Source of the DNA: Hyphomicrobiales bacterium
Lineage (GTDB): Bacteria > Pseudomonadota > Alphaproteobacteria > Rhizobiales > Hyphomicrobiaceae
Assembly: GCA_031367895.1 (NCBI GenBank)
Contig: JANLQP010000104.1
Span: 6,375 to 70,374 of the forward strand
Length of the DNA: 64,000 nt
Reading direction: 5' to 3'
In this document: in pieces, positions 40,279 to 49,769 of the stretch
Numbering within the stretch: the first letter of the stretch is position 1
Layout of the letters: every line of letters begins with the position of its first letter
Position numbers and translations under genes: made by a program
Notes under the pieces: model-generated
Told to the model about the DNA's origin: nothing
Database searches by the model: none
What the model saw: only the letters and a program-made list of their open reading frames with translations

Positions 40279-41790
40279 ATGGCACAAGAGCTCACCAAAT
40301 CGCCTCCCCCGCGCGCAAGCGCCGCCGAAGAAACGCAGACGTTCCGCGCGGCACCGCACAACATCGAGGCCGAGCAGGCGTTGCTCGGCGCGATTCTCGT
40401 CAACAACGAGGCGCACGACCGCGTTTCGGGGTTCCTTGACCCCGGTCACTTCTTCGATCCGCTACATGCCCAGATCTACGAGACCGCAGCGAAACTGATC
40501 GCGGCTGGCAAACAAGCCAATCCGATCACGCTGCGCACGTTCTTCGAGAACAGCGAGCCGATCGACCAGACGACGACAGTACCGCAATATCTCGGCAGGC
40601 TCTCGGCCAACGCGACGACGGTGATCAACGCGCGCGACTACGGCCGTACGATCTACGACCTCGGCATCCGCCGCCAGCTGATCGTGATCGGCGAGGACAT
40701 GGTCAACGGTGCCTATGACAGCACCGTCGATCAGCCTCCGGACGAGCAGATCGAGGACGCCGAGAACCGCCTCTATTCGCTCGCCGAGAACGGCAAGTAC
40801 GGCCAGGGCTTCATGGGCTTCAATACGGCCCTGACACATGCCATCGACATGGCGAACAACGCCTACCAGCGCCAGGGTGGCCTCTCCGGCATCTCGACGG
40901 GGTTGCGCGACCTCGACGGCAAGATGGGCGGCCTGCAGCATTCGGACTTGATCGTCCTCGCCGGTCGTCCCTCGATGGGCAAGACCGCGCTCGTCACCAA
41001 CATCGCCTACAACGTCGCCAAGGCCCACCGCACAGAAAGGCAGGCCGATGGCTCCGACAAGGCGGTCGAGGGCGCGGTGGTCGGCTTCTTCTCGCTCGAA
41101 ATGTCGGCCGAACAGCTCGCAACTCGTATTCTCGCCGAGCAGGCCGAGATCTCGTCGGAGAAGATCCGCCGCGGGATGATCGACGAGGACGAGTTCAAGC
41201 GTCTCGTCTCCGCCTCGCAGGAAATGGCGAAGGTGCCGCTCTTCATCGACCAGACCGGCGGCATCTCGATCGCACAGCTTTCGGCGCGCGCGCGCAAGCT
41301 GAAGCGCCAGCACGGCCTCGGCCTGCTGATCGTCGACTATCTCCAGCTGCTCTCGGGCTCGTCGAAGAGTTCACAGGGCGGCCGCGTGCAGGAAATCACG
41401 GAAATCACGACCGGCCTGAAGGCGCTCGCCAAGGAATTACAGGTGCCGGTGATCGCGCTCTCGCAGCTCTCGCGTCAGGTCGAGCAGCGCGAGGACAAAC
41501 GCCCACAGCTTTCCGACCTGCGTGAATCCGGGTCGATCGAGCAGGACGCCGACGTCGTGATCTTCGTTTTCCGCGAGGAGTACTACGTCGAGCGCACCAA
41601 ACCCCAGGAGGGAACGGCAGAGTTCCAGGAGTGGATGGCCAAGATGCAGATTGTCTCCGGCAAGGCCGAGGTGATCATCGGCAAGCAGCGTCACGGACCC
41701 GTCGGTACCGTCACGCTGGCGTTCGAGGGCCAGTACACGCGCTTCTCGAACCTGGCACAGGATCAGTATCTGCCCGAACGCCACGAGTAG
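40279..41790 (+). CDS. dnaB: Replicative DNA helicase
   Basis: 503 aa. N-terminal PHNIEAEQALLGAIL, Walker A GRPSMGKTALV, and RecA-like C-terminal domain motifs. Confidence 0.95.
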   Translation: MAQELTKSPPPRASAAEETQTFRAAPHNIEAEQALLGAILVNNEAHDRVSGFLDPGHFFDPLHAQIYETAAKLIAAGKQANPITLRTFFENSEPIDQTTTVPQYLGRLSANATTVINARDYGRTIYDLGIRRQLIVIGEDMVNGAYDSTVDQPPDEQIEDAENRLYSLAENGKYGQGFMGFNTALTHAIDMANNAYQRQGGLSGISTGLRDLDGKMGGLQHSDLIVLAGRPSMGKTALVTNIAYNVAKAHRTERQADGSDKAVEGAVVGFFSLEMSAEQLATRILAEQAEISSEKIRRGMIDEDEFKRLVSASQEMAKVPLFIDQTGGISIAQLSARARKLKRQHGLGLLIVDYLQLLSGSSKSSQGGRVQEITEITTGLKALAKELQVPVIALSQLSRQVEQREDKRPQLSDLRESGSIEQDADVVIFVFREEYYVERTKPQEGTAEFQEWMAKMQIVSGKAEVIIGKQRHGPVGTVTLAFEGQYTRFSNLAQDQYLPERHE

Positions 41791-41811
41791 AATCCGCGCG
41801 TTGGTCCGCCT

Positions 41812-42543
41812 CTAAATCTCGTAGAGCCCTTTGGCTCGATACAACCCGGCCGTCGCCGGACCTGAGATCGCGCCCAGGAATTGCCGGGCACGTTCGACGT
41901 TTCCCGACGCGAAGATGCCGCCGGAGAAGATCAGGTCGTCCTGAATCTCGGGTGGCAGCGGGCCGAGGATGTCGACATCAGGCACTGCCATCAGCTCGCT
42001 CACCTGTTGCACCGCGAGCGCGGCGCGGCCGTCTTTCAGCAATTCGCCGGTGAAGCCCGCCGGAATGACCGTCGCCTTGGCGTCGACCATCTGCCGCAAG
42101 CCCAGCCGGTCCAGCACACCCGCGAAGAAGATACCGCTGGCGCCAGCCTTGGAGTAGGCGATCGACGGCGTCGCTTTGAGCAATGCCGTCACCGCCGCCG
42201 TGCTCGATATGTCCGGCCGTGCTGCGCCTTTCGGTACCGCGAGACCAACCTGAGAGCGGGCGAGATCGACCCGGCTGCCCTTGGCGAGGACGCCCGAGGC
42301 CATCAGTGTGTCGACCGCCTCAGACGTCAGCAGCGCGACGTCGCCGGTCTCTCCCGCAGCAATGCGCTTCACCAGCATCGCCGTCGGATCGAAGCTGGCA
42401 TCGACTTTGACGCCAGCCTCCTTCTCGAAGCGCGGCAACAGCACCTCGAGCACGCCCTTGACGCCGAGCGTGCTCAACACTTTCAACGTGCCCACCTGCG
42501 ACGAGCCCACCTTCGACGAGACCGGCTGCGCTGTCCCGCTCAC
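41812..42543 (-). CDS. ModA-like (type II periplasmic-binding fold) substrate-binding domain protein without an obvious signal peptide
   Basis: 243 aa. LKVLSTLGVKGVLEVLLPRFEKEAGVKV resembles molybdate/tungstate-type binding proteins. No hydrophobic N-terminus. ATGA-type 4-nt overlap with the upstream amidohydrolase. Confidence 0.7.
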   Translation of the reverse strand: MSGTAQPVSSKVGSSQVGTLKVLSTLGVKGVLEVLLPRFEKEAGVKVDASFDPTAMLVKRIAAGETGDVALLTSEAVDTLMASGVLAKGSRVDLARSQVGLAVPKGAARPDISSTAAVTALLKATPSIAYSKAGASGIFFAGVLDRLGLRQMVDAKATVIPAGFTGELLKDGRAALAVQQVSELMAVPDVDILGPLPPEIQDDLIFSGGIFASGNVERARQFLGAISGPATAGLYRAKGLYEI

Positions 42544-44072
42544 GAGAAAATTCCGTGGTTGAAGGTTTGGCCCGGCGACGGCGCGACATAGCCGTAGCGC
42601 AGGTTCGAGCGGCCCTCCCCGCTCTTCTCGTAGTCGGCTTTCAGCGTCGCAAACCGATCGGTTGACAGTTCCGCGCGCTTTTGTGGCGTGACATCGTAGA
42701 GGCGGGCATTGTTCTCGCCGAAGATGGCGCGCTTCACCGGGCTGTCAGGGCCGCCGAGCGGCTTGAAGCCGAACTTCTTCTGCATATCGGCTGGGATCTC
42801 GAGCCGGCGCAGCCCCTCGATCTGCCACTGCGGCGAGCCGGTCCAAACTGCGTCCGTGCCCCAGTTGACGTGATCGGCGCCGAGGCCCTTGATCAGGATG
42901 CCCATCAGCGCGGCGCAGACGCGCGGCTGTGCGATGAGTGTCGTTGCGAACAATTGCCCGACGTCGCCGTAGACGTTTTTCACGCCGTATTGCGCGGGGA
43001 TATCCGCGAGGTCGCTGGTCCAGGAGACGCGGCCCGTGCGCTCGAATTCGGCAAGTGCCACCGCTGGATCGCCGCCGACGTGGCGGTAGGCCGAGTGGTA
43101 GATGACGAAATTCAGCTGCGGCCAGTCCTTCGCGGCTTGGCCGACGTCGTCGACCGCGCAGAAACCGCGCAGGTGCGGGAACTGCTTTTCCACCGATGGC
43201 GCGAACAGGCCTTTGTGGATGCAGACATTCTTGACGCCCGCCTTCACCATCTTCTCGTAACCCTTGTAGGCGACCTTCTCGTCGTCGAGCCGCCACGGGA
43301 ACCTGCTGGTTGCCTTGTGCGTGTTGTCGCCGATCGTGTAGCCCTTGGCCGAATTGGGCTTCAGCGCGAGGCCGGCATCGAGCTTGTCGAGCCAGCCGTC
43401 CTGGCCGGGCGTAAAGATGATGTGCGACATCAATCGTGTCGTGCCGCCGGCTTCCTTGTTCACCTTTTCGCGCGCCGCCGCCATCTGCTCGTTCGTCAGG
43501 AACCAGTCGGCCTCGGTGTCCGACGGGGCGGACGAGATCAGCGCGATCTTGGTGTCGCTGTCGAGGAACATCTCCTTCATGTAGTTGGCGTACTTCAGGT
43601 CCTCGATCGTCTGCTCCTTCTCGGCGAGCTTCTTGTTCCAGCCGGCCTTGCCGACGGAGTTGCGCATGTTGACGAAGTTGGTGATGCGGGTGTCGTCGCG
43701 CAGGAAATGCGTGTGCATGTCCATGATGAACTGACCCTTCAACACGTCGGCGCGCGCCTGGGCTTGGGCCGGTGTGGCGGCCTCGGCGGCGCCGACTTCG
43801 AAGATGTCGCCATAGACCTGGTTCATCGCCAGGAACGAGGCGGCCATGCCTGAAGCCGTCTGGAAGAAGCGGCGGCGATCGAGGCCCTGCTTTTTGCCGA
43901 GGTCGTCGGCCATGGCGAGGAGGCGGGCTTCCACCTCCTTCTGTTTGCCGTTCTGCGGATCGGGGTAGTACTCGTCGCTGGAAACCATCTGGGTCGGGAT
44001 CGGCGTGCGCTCCTGCACGAGTTCCGACGGCATCAGCCCGGCGATTTCGTCATCCGACAGCAAGCCACTCAT
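42540..44072 (-). CDS. Amidohydrolase family protein with an internal twin-arginine motif
   Basis: 510 aa. Metal-dependent hydrolase (TIM barrel) pattern, e.g. FIMDMHTHF. The RRRFFQTASGMAASFLAM Tat-like motif begins near residue 65. An alternative start (MADDLGKK, 43913) would make it a canonical Tat signal. Confidence 0.85.
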   Translation of the reverse strand: MSGLLSDDEIAGLMPSELVQERTPIPTQMVSSDEYYPDPQNGKQKEVEARLLAMADDLGKKQGLDRRRFFQTASGMAASFLAMNQVYGDIFEVGAAEAATPAQAQARADVLKGQFIMDMHTHFLRDDTRITNFVNMRNSVGKAGWNKKLAEKEQTIEDLKYANYMKEMFLDSDTKIALISSAPSDTEADWFLTNEQMAAAREKVNKEAGGTTRLMSHIIFTPGQDGWLDKLDAGLALKPNSAKGYTIGDNTHKATSRFPWRLDDEKVAYKGYEKMVKAGVKNVCIHKGLFAPSVEKQFPHLRGFCAVDDVGQAAKDWPQLNFVIYHSAYRHVGGDPAVALAEFERTGRVSWTSDLADIPAQYGVKNVYGDVGQLFATTLIAQPRVCAALMGILIKGLGADHVNWGTDAVWTGSPQWQIEGLRRLEIPADMQKKFGFKPLGGPDSPVKRAIFGENNARLYDVTPQKRAELSTDRFATLKADYEKSGEGRSNLRYGYVAPSPGQTFNHGIFS

Positions 44073-44141
44073 TGCATTTCTCCCGAAAACGCCGATCTAA
44101 GGTTGCGACCATCCTCTTCAAGAACAAGAAACGGCAGGCTA

Positions 44142-44174
44142 CCACCACATTCCCTGGGACCGGAAGTGTGGTGG
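44142..44174. promoter_or_regulatory. Inverted repeat, candidate operator in the divergent amidohydrolase/GntR promoter region
   Basis: CCACCACATTCC (44142..44153), an 8-nt spacer, then GGAAGTGTGGTGG (44162..44174). 12 bp pair, with a 1-nt bulge. Confidence 0.35.
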
Positions 44175-44327
44175 ATGCGCGGTGGGCGCCCTGCACTCTG
44201 CTGCTTGACGGATGGTCTGTGATCGGCAACATGGCATGACATGGCGAAGGCCATCGACAAAACCGCTCCGTCCGTTATGCCTCCGCTCTATTTTCACGTT
44301 TTCAATCCCAATCGATAACAGACCTGC

Positions 44328-45050
44328 ATGGCTACCCATTCATCGAAGACACCCACTCGTAAACCACGACGTTCCGTCAATCCAGATGCCGCCGCTGTCA
44401 CAGCCACCGACCACGCCTACGCCGAGATCAAGCGCCGCATCAACGCCAATGAGTTGCGCGCCGGCATGGTCGTCAAGCAGGACGTGCTGGCGAAAATGCT
44501 GGAGTTGAGCCGAACGCCAGTACGCGAGGCATTGATCCGCATCGCCGAGGAAGGCCTCGTCGAGCTCCGGCCGCGCTATGGCGTGCTGATCCGACCGTTC
44601 ACGCTGGACGAGCTTGCGGCCACCTACGACGTGCTGATGGTGCTCGAGGCGCATGCGGCTCGGCGCGTTGCTGAGCAAGGCGCCACACGCGAAGTGCTGG
44701 CAGCGCTCGAAGCGGCGCAAACGGTCATGGAGTCGGCGGTCGCGACGCAGGATATCGCGGCCTGGGTCAAGGCGGATGAATCGTTTCACAGGTTGCTGGC
44801 CAAGGAGTGCGGCAACGCTCAGCTGTGCAAGATCGTGCACGGGCTTTGGGACCGGCTGAAACGGGTTCGCAACCAGATCCAGAGGCATCGTGCGATCTCA
44901 GTGGCGGCGAACCGGGAACACGCGAACCTCATTCACGCCATCCGCCGGCGCAATGCCGGGCGCGCGTTCGACGTGCAGTTGCAGCATCGGGTCCGTGGCA
45001 CGGCCGGCATGCTCGAATTGTTGAACAACCAAGGCTTCAAGGAGATCTGA
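44328..45050 (+). CDS. GntR family transcriptional regulator (FadR/FCD subfamily)
   Basis: 240 aa. wHTH region LAKMLELSRTPVREALIRIAEEGLVE, with an all-helical FCD-like C-terminal domain. Confidence 0.9.
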   Translation: MATHSSKTPTRKPRRSVNPDAAAVTATDHAYAEIKRRINANELRAGMVVKQDVLAKMLELSRTPVREALIRIAEEGLVELRPRYGVLIRPFTLDELAATYDVLMVLEAHAARRVAEQGATREVLAALEAAQTVMESAVATQDIAAWVKADESFHRLLAKECGNAQLCKIVHGLWDRLKRVRNQIQRHRAISVAANREHANLIHAIRRRNAGRAFDVQLQHRVRGTAGMLELLNNQGFKEI

Positions 45051-45279
45051 AGCGACGGGTGGTCAGTGCGGCCGGTACCCCATTCCCCGGCTGAGAATAA
45101 TCCCTAGCCAAGTTCGGGAGCCAGCTGTCTAGACCGGTAGAAACCGCTTGACGCACCCCAAGCCCGCATTTTCGACGTTTGTGGCAGGTCGCAATCTTTC
45201 AGCCCGGGAATAAGCCGATATATGTCCGGTGGACGGGTCGCTGTCGCCGACGCACAATGCCCGCGCGAGGTCGTAAGGA

Positions 45280-46086
45280 TTGACGGAGGCGGACATGGCA
45301 GGTGAGACGGTGCTGGTCACCAGGACGGGCGGTATTACGCGGCTGACGCTGAACCGGCCGGAACGGCTCAATGCGCTGAACCAATCGCTGTACGAGGCGA
45401 TGATGGCGGCGCTCGCCGACGCTGCCCGCGAGGAGACCTGTCGTGTCGTCGTGCTGACGGGCGCCGGCCGCGCCTTCTGCGCCGGCCAGGACCTCTCCGA
45501 CGAGGTCTACAGCAAGACAGGACCACAGCCGGATCTCGGCCCCGTACTCGACCGCTACAACGGCATGATCGAACGCATGCGCGGGCTGGGTAAACCCATC
45601 GTCTGCGCCGTCAACGGGATCGCGGCCGGCGGCGGGGCGAGTCTGGCGCTCGCCTGCGACATCGTCATCGCCAAGAAGTCCGCGAGCTTCCTGCAGGCCT
45701 TCGCCAAGATCGGGTTGGTGCCGGATTGCGGTGGTACGTATTTCCTGCCGCGTCTCATCGGCGAAGCCCGCGCCAAGGGGCTGTCGCTTCTGGCCGAACC
45801 GTTGAAGGCGGAGCAGGCCGAAGCCTGGGGGCTGATCTGGAAGGCGGTCGACGACGACAAATTCGAGGCCGAGACGGCGGCGATCGCCGGCCGCCTCGCG
45901 GAGGCGGCGACATATGCGCTCGGGCTGACCAAGGCAGCGTTGCAGGCTTCGCTCGACAACGATCTTTCGACCCAGTTGCGGCTCGAGCGGGATGTGCAGC
46001 GCAAGGCCGGCCGTTCGCCCGATTACGTCGAGGGCGTCGGCGCGTTCCAGGCGAAGCGGCCAGCGCGCTTCACCGGCAACGGTTGA
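45280..46086 (+). CDS. paaG: Enoyl-CoA hydratase/isomerase family protein, probably PaaG
   Basis: 268 aa. Crotonase motifs VVLTGAGRAFCAGQDL. It lies directly upstream of paaI and paaK. The start may be ATG at 45295. Confidence 0.7.
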   Translation: MTEADMAGETVLVTRTGGITRLTLNRPERLNALNQSLYEAMMAALADAAREETCRVVVLTGAGRAFCAGQDLSDEVYSKTGPQPDLGPVLDRYNGMIERMRGLGKPIVCAVNGIAAGGGASLALACDIVIAKKSASFLQAFAKIGLVPDCGGTYFLPRLIGEARAKGLSLLAEPLKAEQAEAWGLIWKAVDDDKFEAETAAIAGRLAEAATYALGLTKAALQASLDNDLSTQLRLERDVQRKAGRSPDYVEGVGAFQAKRPARFTGNG

Positions 46087-46095
46087 GCAGCACCG

Positions 46096-46527
46096 ATGAC
46101 AACCGACGCAAACGAGATTGCGCGGCGCTCGGCCGCAGCGATGTGGGCCGACGACAAGGCGAGCCCGTCGCTCGGCATGGAAATCGTCTCGGTCGGACCG
46201 GGTAGCGCCGTCATCGCCATGAGCGTGGGCGAGACGATGGTCAACGGCCTCGGCATCTGCCACGGCGGCTTCATTTTCACACTTGCCGACAGCGCTTGCG
46301 CCTTCGCGTCCAACAGCTACAACCAGCGCGCCGTGCTGCAGTCAGGCCAGATCTTGCTCCTGTCGCCGGCAAAACGCGGCATGCGCCTGGTCGCCCGCGC
46401 GAACGAGCGTCATCGTGCCGACCGCAACGGCGTCTACGACGTGACTGTCTCTGCGGAGACGGGCGAGGCGATCGCCGAGTTCCGCGGCCATATCCGCATC
46501 GTGCCGGGGACGCTGGTCGAGATGTGA
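46096..46527 (+). CDS. paaI: Hydroxyphenylacetyl-CoA thioesterase PaaI
   Basis: 143 aa. Hot-dog fold with the GICHGGFIFTLADSACAFA motif. Confidence 0.85.
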   Translation: MTTDANEIARRSAAAMWADDKASPSLGMEIVSVGPGSAVIAMSVGETMVNGLGICHGGFIFTLADSACAFASNSYNQRAVLQSGQILLLSPAKRGMRLVARANERHRADRNGVYDVTVSAETGEAIAEFRGHIRIVPGTLVEM

Positions 46528-46588
46528 CGTTGGCTGGGATCGGCTGAACGGCTGGCGCGGCAGAACCGAGACTTCTGAGGAAACTGCC

Positions 46589-47899
46589 ATGCACGACCTG
46601 ACGCCGAAACGCTTCGAGCTGGAGCCGATCGAGATCGCCCCGCGCGAGGTTCTGCTGGACCTTCAGTTGCACCGCATGAAGTGGTCGCTCCGGCACGCCT
46701 ACGAGAACGTGGCCCATTACCGGCAGGCGTTCGACGCGAAGGGTGTCCGGCCGGAGGATCTGCAATCGCTCGCCGATCTCGCGAAGTTCCCGTTCACGAC
46801 CAAGCAGGATTTGCGCGCCAACTACCCGTTCGGCATGTTCGCGGTGCCGAAGACCCAGATTGCGCGGATCCATGCCTCGTCCGGTACCACGGGGAAACCG
46901 ACCGTCGTCGGCTACACGAAGCAGGACCTCGTCACCTGGGGGCAGGTCGTCGGGCGCTGTATCCGCGCGTCCGGTGGGCGTCCTGGCATGACGCTGCACA
47001 ACGCCTACGGCTATGGTCTGTTCACGGGTGGCCTCGGCTACCATTCGGGCGCTGAGCAGTTCGGCCTTGCTGTGGTTCCGGTGTCCGGCGGCATGACCGA
47101 GCGTCAGGTGCAGCTGATCGGCGATTTCGAACCTGATATCATCACTGTCACGCCATCTTACATGCTGGCGATCCTGGACGAGTTCCGCCGTTTGGGGCTG
47201 GATCCGCGCAAGACGTCGCTGAAGGTCGGCATCTTCGGTGCCGAGCCCTGGACGATTGCGATGCGCGAGGAGATCGAGGCGGCCTTCGACATGCACGCTG
47301 TCGACACCTACGGCCTCTCGGAGGTGATCGGCCCAGGCGTCGCCAACGAGTGCATCGAGACCAAGGACGGCCCGACGATCTGGGAAGACCATTTCTACCC
47401 CGAGGTGATCAACCCCGACACGGGCGAGGTGCTGTCGGACGGCCAAGTGGGCGAACTCGTCTTTACGTCGCTGACCAAGGAGGCGATGCCCGTCATCCGC
47501 TATCGCACGCGCGATATCACGCGACTGCTGCCCGGCACCGCACGCACGATGCGCCGCATGCAGCGTGTCACCGGCCGCTCCGACGACATGATGATTATCC
47601 GCGGCGTCAACGTGTTCCCGACGCAGATCGAGGAGCAGATCCTGAAGGTGAAGGGGTTGGCGCCGCATTATCAAATCCATCTGACGCGCGAAGGCCGCAT
47701 GGACGAAATCGAGATCGTCGTCGAAGCGGCGGCCGATCAGGTTGCGAGCGAGGCGCGGACGCGGGCTGGTGGCGAACTCGCACATCTGGTGAAGAGCCTG
47801 ATCGGCGTGACGGCCAAGGTCACGGTGGCCGATCCGAAGGGCGTCGAGCGCAGCCAAGGCAAGGCGCGGCGTGTTATCGACAAGCGCGGAATCGCGTGA
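46589..47899 (+). CDS. paaK: Phenylacetate-CoA ligase
   Basis: 436 aa. SSGTTGKPT AMP-binding motif and a PaaK-typical N-terminus (...LQLHRMKWSLRHAYENVAHYRQAFD). Confidence 0.93.
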   Translation: MHDLTPKRFELEPIEIAPREVLLDLQLHRMKWSLRHAYENVAHYRQAFDAKGVRPEDLQSLADLAKFPFTTKQDLRANYPFGMFAVPKTQIARIHASSGTTGKPTVVGYTKQDLVTWGQVVGRCIRASGGRPGMTLHNAYGYGLFTGGLGYHSGAEQFGLAVVPVSGGMTERQVQLIGDFEPDIITVTPSYMLAILDEFRRLGLDPRKTSLKVGIFGAEPWTIAMREEIEAAFDMHAVDTYGLSEVIGPGVANECIETKDGPTIWEDHFYPEVINPDTGEVLSDGQVGELVFTSLTKEAMPVIRYRTRDITRLLPGTARTMRRMQRVTGRSDDMMIIRGVNVFPTQIEEQILKVKGLAPHYQIHLTREGRMDEIEIVVEAAADQVASEARTRAGGELAHLVKSLIGVTAKVTVADPKGVERSQGKARRVIDKRGIA

Positions 47900-47986
47900 G
47901 GACTGGTGCCGCGACGCCAGCAACGATGACGCTATAGTGATGACGCCTTGCGAGACGCGGTGGCGTGCTCGGCCTATAGTGACATT

Positions 47987-48029
47987 CGGACGCAGGGGGG
48001 CGGACGCAGGGGGGGGCGGACGCAGGGGA
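47987..48029. repeat. Three tandem copies of CGGACGCAGGGG with variable G-tract length
   Basis: CGGACGCAGGGGGG (47987..48000), CGGACGCAGGGGGGGG (48001..48016) and CGGACGCAGGGGA (48017..48029). The G runs are 6, 8 and 4 nt. Confidence 0.8.
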
Positions 48030-48054
48030 TCAGGAACTCTAACGGAGCAACCCC

Positions 48055-48192
48055 ATGGACCAGAACCGAAGCGATCTCTCAGTCGATGCGGCCCGGCAAG
48101 GCGTCACAGGGCACGGCGTGCGTTATGTCTTGGCCTACAGCCTGCTGCTCACGATTTGTGCCTTGGCGCTGACGATGGTCTTCGCCCGGTAG
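48055..48192 (+). CDS. Possible 45-aa single-TM micro-protein
   Basis: ATG at 48055 is preceded by ACGGAG 7 nt upstream. It reads MDQNRSDLSVDAARQGVTGHGVRYVLAYSLLLTICALALTMVFAR. Below the ORF-track cutoff, and support is weak. Confidence 0.35.
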   Translation: MDQNRSDLSVDAARQGVTGHGVRYVLAYSLLLTICALALTMVFAR

Positions 48193-48242
48193 TACCGACC
48201 GCGAACACGCGTCTGGATCAACCGGCGGCGCAGAAAATGCAT

Positions 48243-49712
48243 TCAGCTTCGCCGCCAGTTGTTCCAAACGGCGATATCGAGGCCGAGGCGCCGCTTGGCG
48301 ACGATCGTGTTCAAGCCGGCACCGAGGATCAGGCACGTCGCGGTTGCAAGTGCCGCTCCCATCAAACCCAACAGCGGTATTGCGATGAACTGCAGCACGA
48401 TGTTGAGCGCCGCCATCGAAGCGATGACAGCGGCGCAAGCCTTCTGCTGGCCGAGCATATTGAGCAGGAACTCTGACGGTCCCATTGCGGCGCGGCCGAG
48501 GAAGCCCAGCACCAGCACGAACATTACGGGATAACCTGCAACGAACTGCGGGCCGAACAGCCACAGCAGCGGCTTGCCCATCGCCAGCAGGCCGATGGCG
48601 GCTGCAAGTGACGGCCAGAACGTCCAGTTCACGGCATTGCGGGTGATCGCCGTCAGCGCCGCTTGGTCGCCACGCGCGTTCAGCGCCGAGAAGCGTTTTG
48701 CCATAGCGCTGCCGACGGCGTAGTGGATGAACATCACCAGCGCCATGGTCTTGGCGGCGGCGAAGTAGATGGCGACCTGATCGGGCTTCATGAAATACGA
48801 GACGATCAGCACGTCGGTGTTCTGCAGCAGCAGCTCGGCGCCGCCGATGACGAGCAAAGGCAGCGAAGTCCGCAACCACAGGTCCGGGCGGCGCTCGACA
48901 GGGCCTTTCGGCACCTCGGCGCGGAAGCGGCGATGCACGAGGAACGTCTGAATGGCGGCCGTGACCCAGGTCGAGATCACGGCCGCGGCTGTTGCAGTGA
49001 CTGCATTCATCGGCCAGCCGAACTCATGCGCGGCGAACATGCCGACCAGCACCAGCAGCGGACGCAACACGTAGGGCGGCAGCAGCGCCACGCCCATCCA
49101 GCCGCTGCCGCGGCCGACGCCGTCCTGGACATCTGAGAGCGTGATCATCGGCAGGCAGACGAGACCGATATAGAGCGGCAGTAGATGTGTCTCGGCAAAT
49201 ACCGAGCCGAAGAAGTGGAGCCCGGCCAGGCCGAGCAGAGCAACGGTCGTCGAAGCCCCGAAAGCAATCAGGCGGCCGTAGCGGAGCAGCCCGCGCATCA
49301 GCGGCAGTGACTTGGTTTCCCGGTACTCGGGTAACAGGCGGATCATCGCCATGCCGAGGCCGAGGTTCGACATGCCGCCGAGCACCAAGACCCACGTCCA
49401 CACGAACACGTAGATGCCGTACTGGAAGCTGCCCATCCAGCGGGCGAGTACGATCTGCGAGAGATAGAGGATCGCGGCACTGACGACGCGCACGGAAAAC
49501 GCCAGAAGCGCGCTACGCATCGTGCGCGCATGCTCGCCGTCGTCGAGCCACAGGCTCACGATCGTCTCGCGCACGCGATCGAGTGCAAGCGGTGCCCGTT
49601 CGGCCGCAATGGCTTTTTCGGAGACTGTCGTCACATCAACGTCCTGACCCTGCACGCAACCCTCCGGATGCGCGAACCGCATGCCGGCCGCACTCTTGCC
49701 CAGAGAGGCCAT
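48243..49712 (-). CDS. MOP-superfamily polysaccharide/oligosaccharide flippase (Wzx-like)
   Basis: 489-aa ORF with about 12-14 TM segments and the typical polysaccharide-biosynthesis-protein pattern. Start uncertain. Confidence 0.8.
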   Translation of the reverse strand: MASLGKSAAGMRFAHPEGCVQGQDVDVTTVSEKAIAAERAPLALDRVRETIVSLWLDDGEHARTMRSALLAFSVRVVSAAILYLSQIVLARWMGSFQYGIYVFVWTWVLVLGGMSNLGLGMAMIRLLPEYRETKSLPLMRGLLRYGRLIAFGASTTVALLGLAGLHFFGSVFAETHLLPLYIGLVCLPMITLSDVQDGVGRGSGWMGVALLPPYVLRPLLVLVGMFAAHEFGWPMNAVTATAAAVISTWVTAAIQTFLVHRRFRAEVPKGPVERRPDLWLRTSLPLLVIGGAELLLQNTDVLIVSYFMKPDQVAIYFAAAKTMALVMFIHYAVGSAMAKRFSALNARGDQAALTAITRNAVNWTFWPSLAAAIGLLAMGKPLLWLFGPQFVAGYPVMFVLVLGFLGRAAMGPSEFLLNMLGQQKACAAVIASMAALNIVLQFIAIPLLGLMGAALATATCLILGAGLNTIVAKRRLGLDIAVWNNWRRS

Positions 49713-49769
49713 CCGGGGGCGTATGCAACCCGCGGTCCGAAAGCCGGACGAGGGCTTGTCCGTACGCTA

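Noticed and set aside
47987-48029. Tandem repeat considered as a mini-CRISPR array.
   Set aside because: The units are 13-16 nt, directly abutting with no spacers, and there are only three copies. There are no cas genes in the window. The VapD genes are Cas2-like in fold only.
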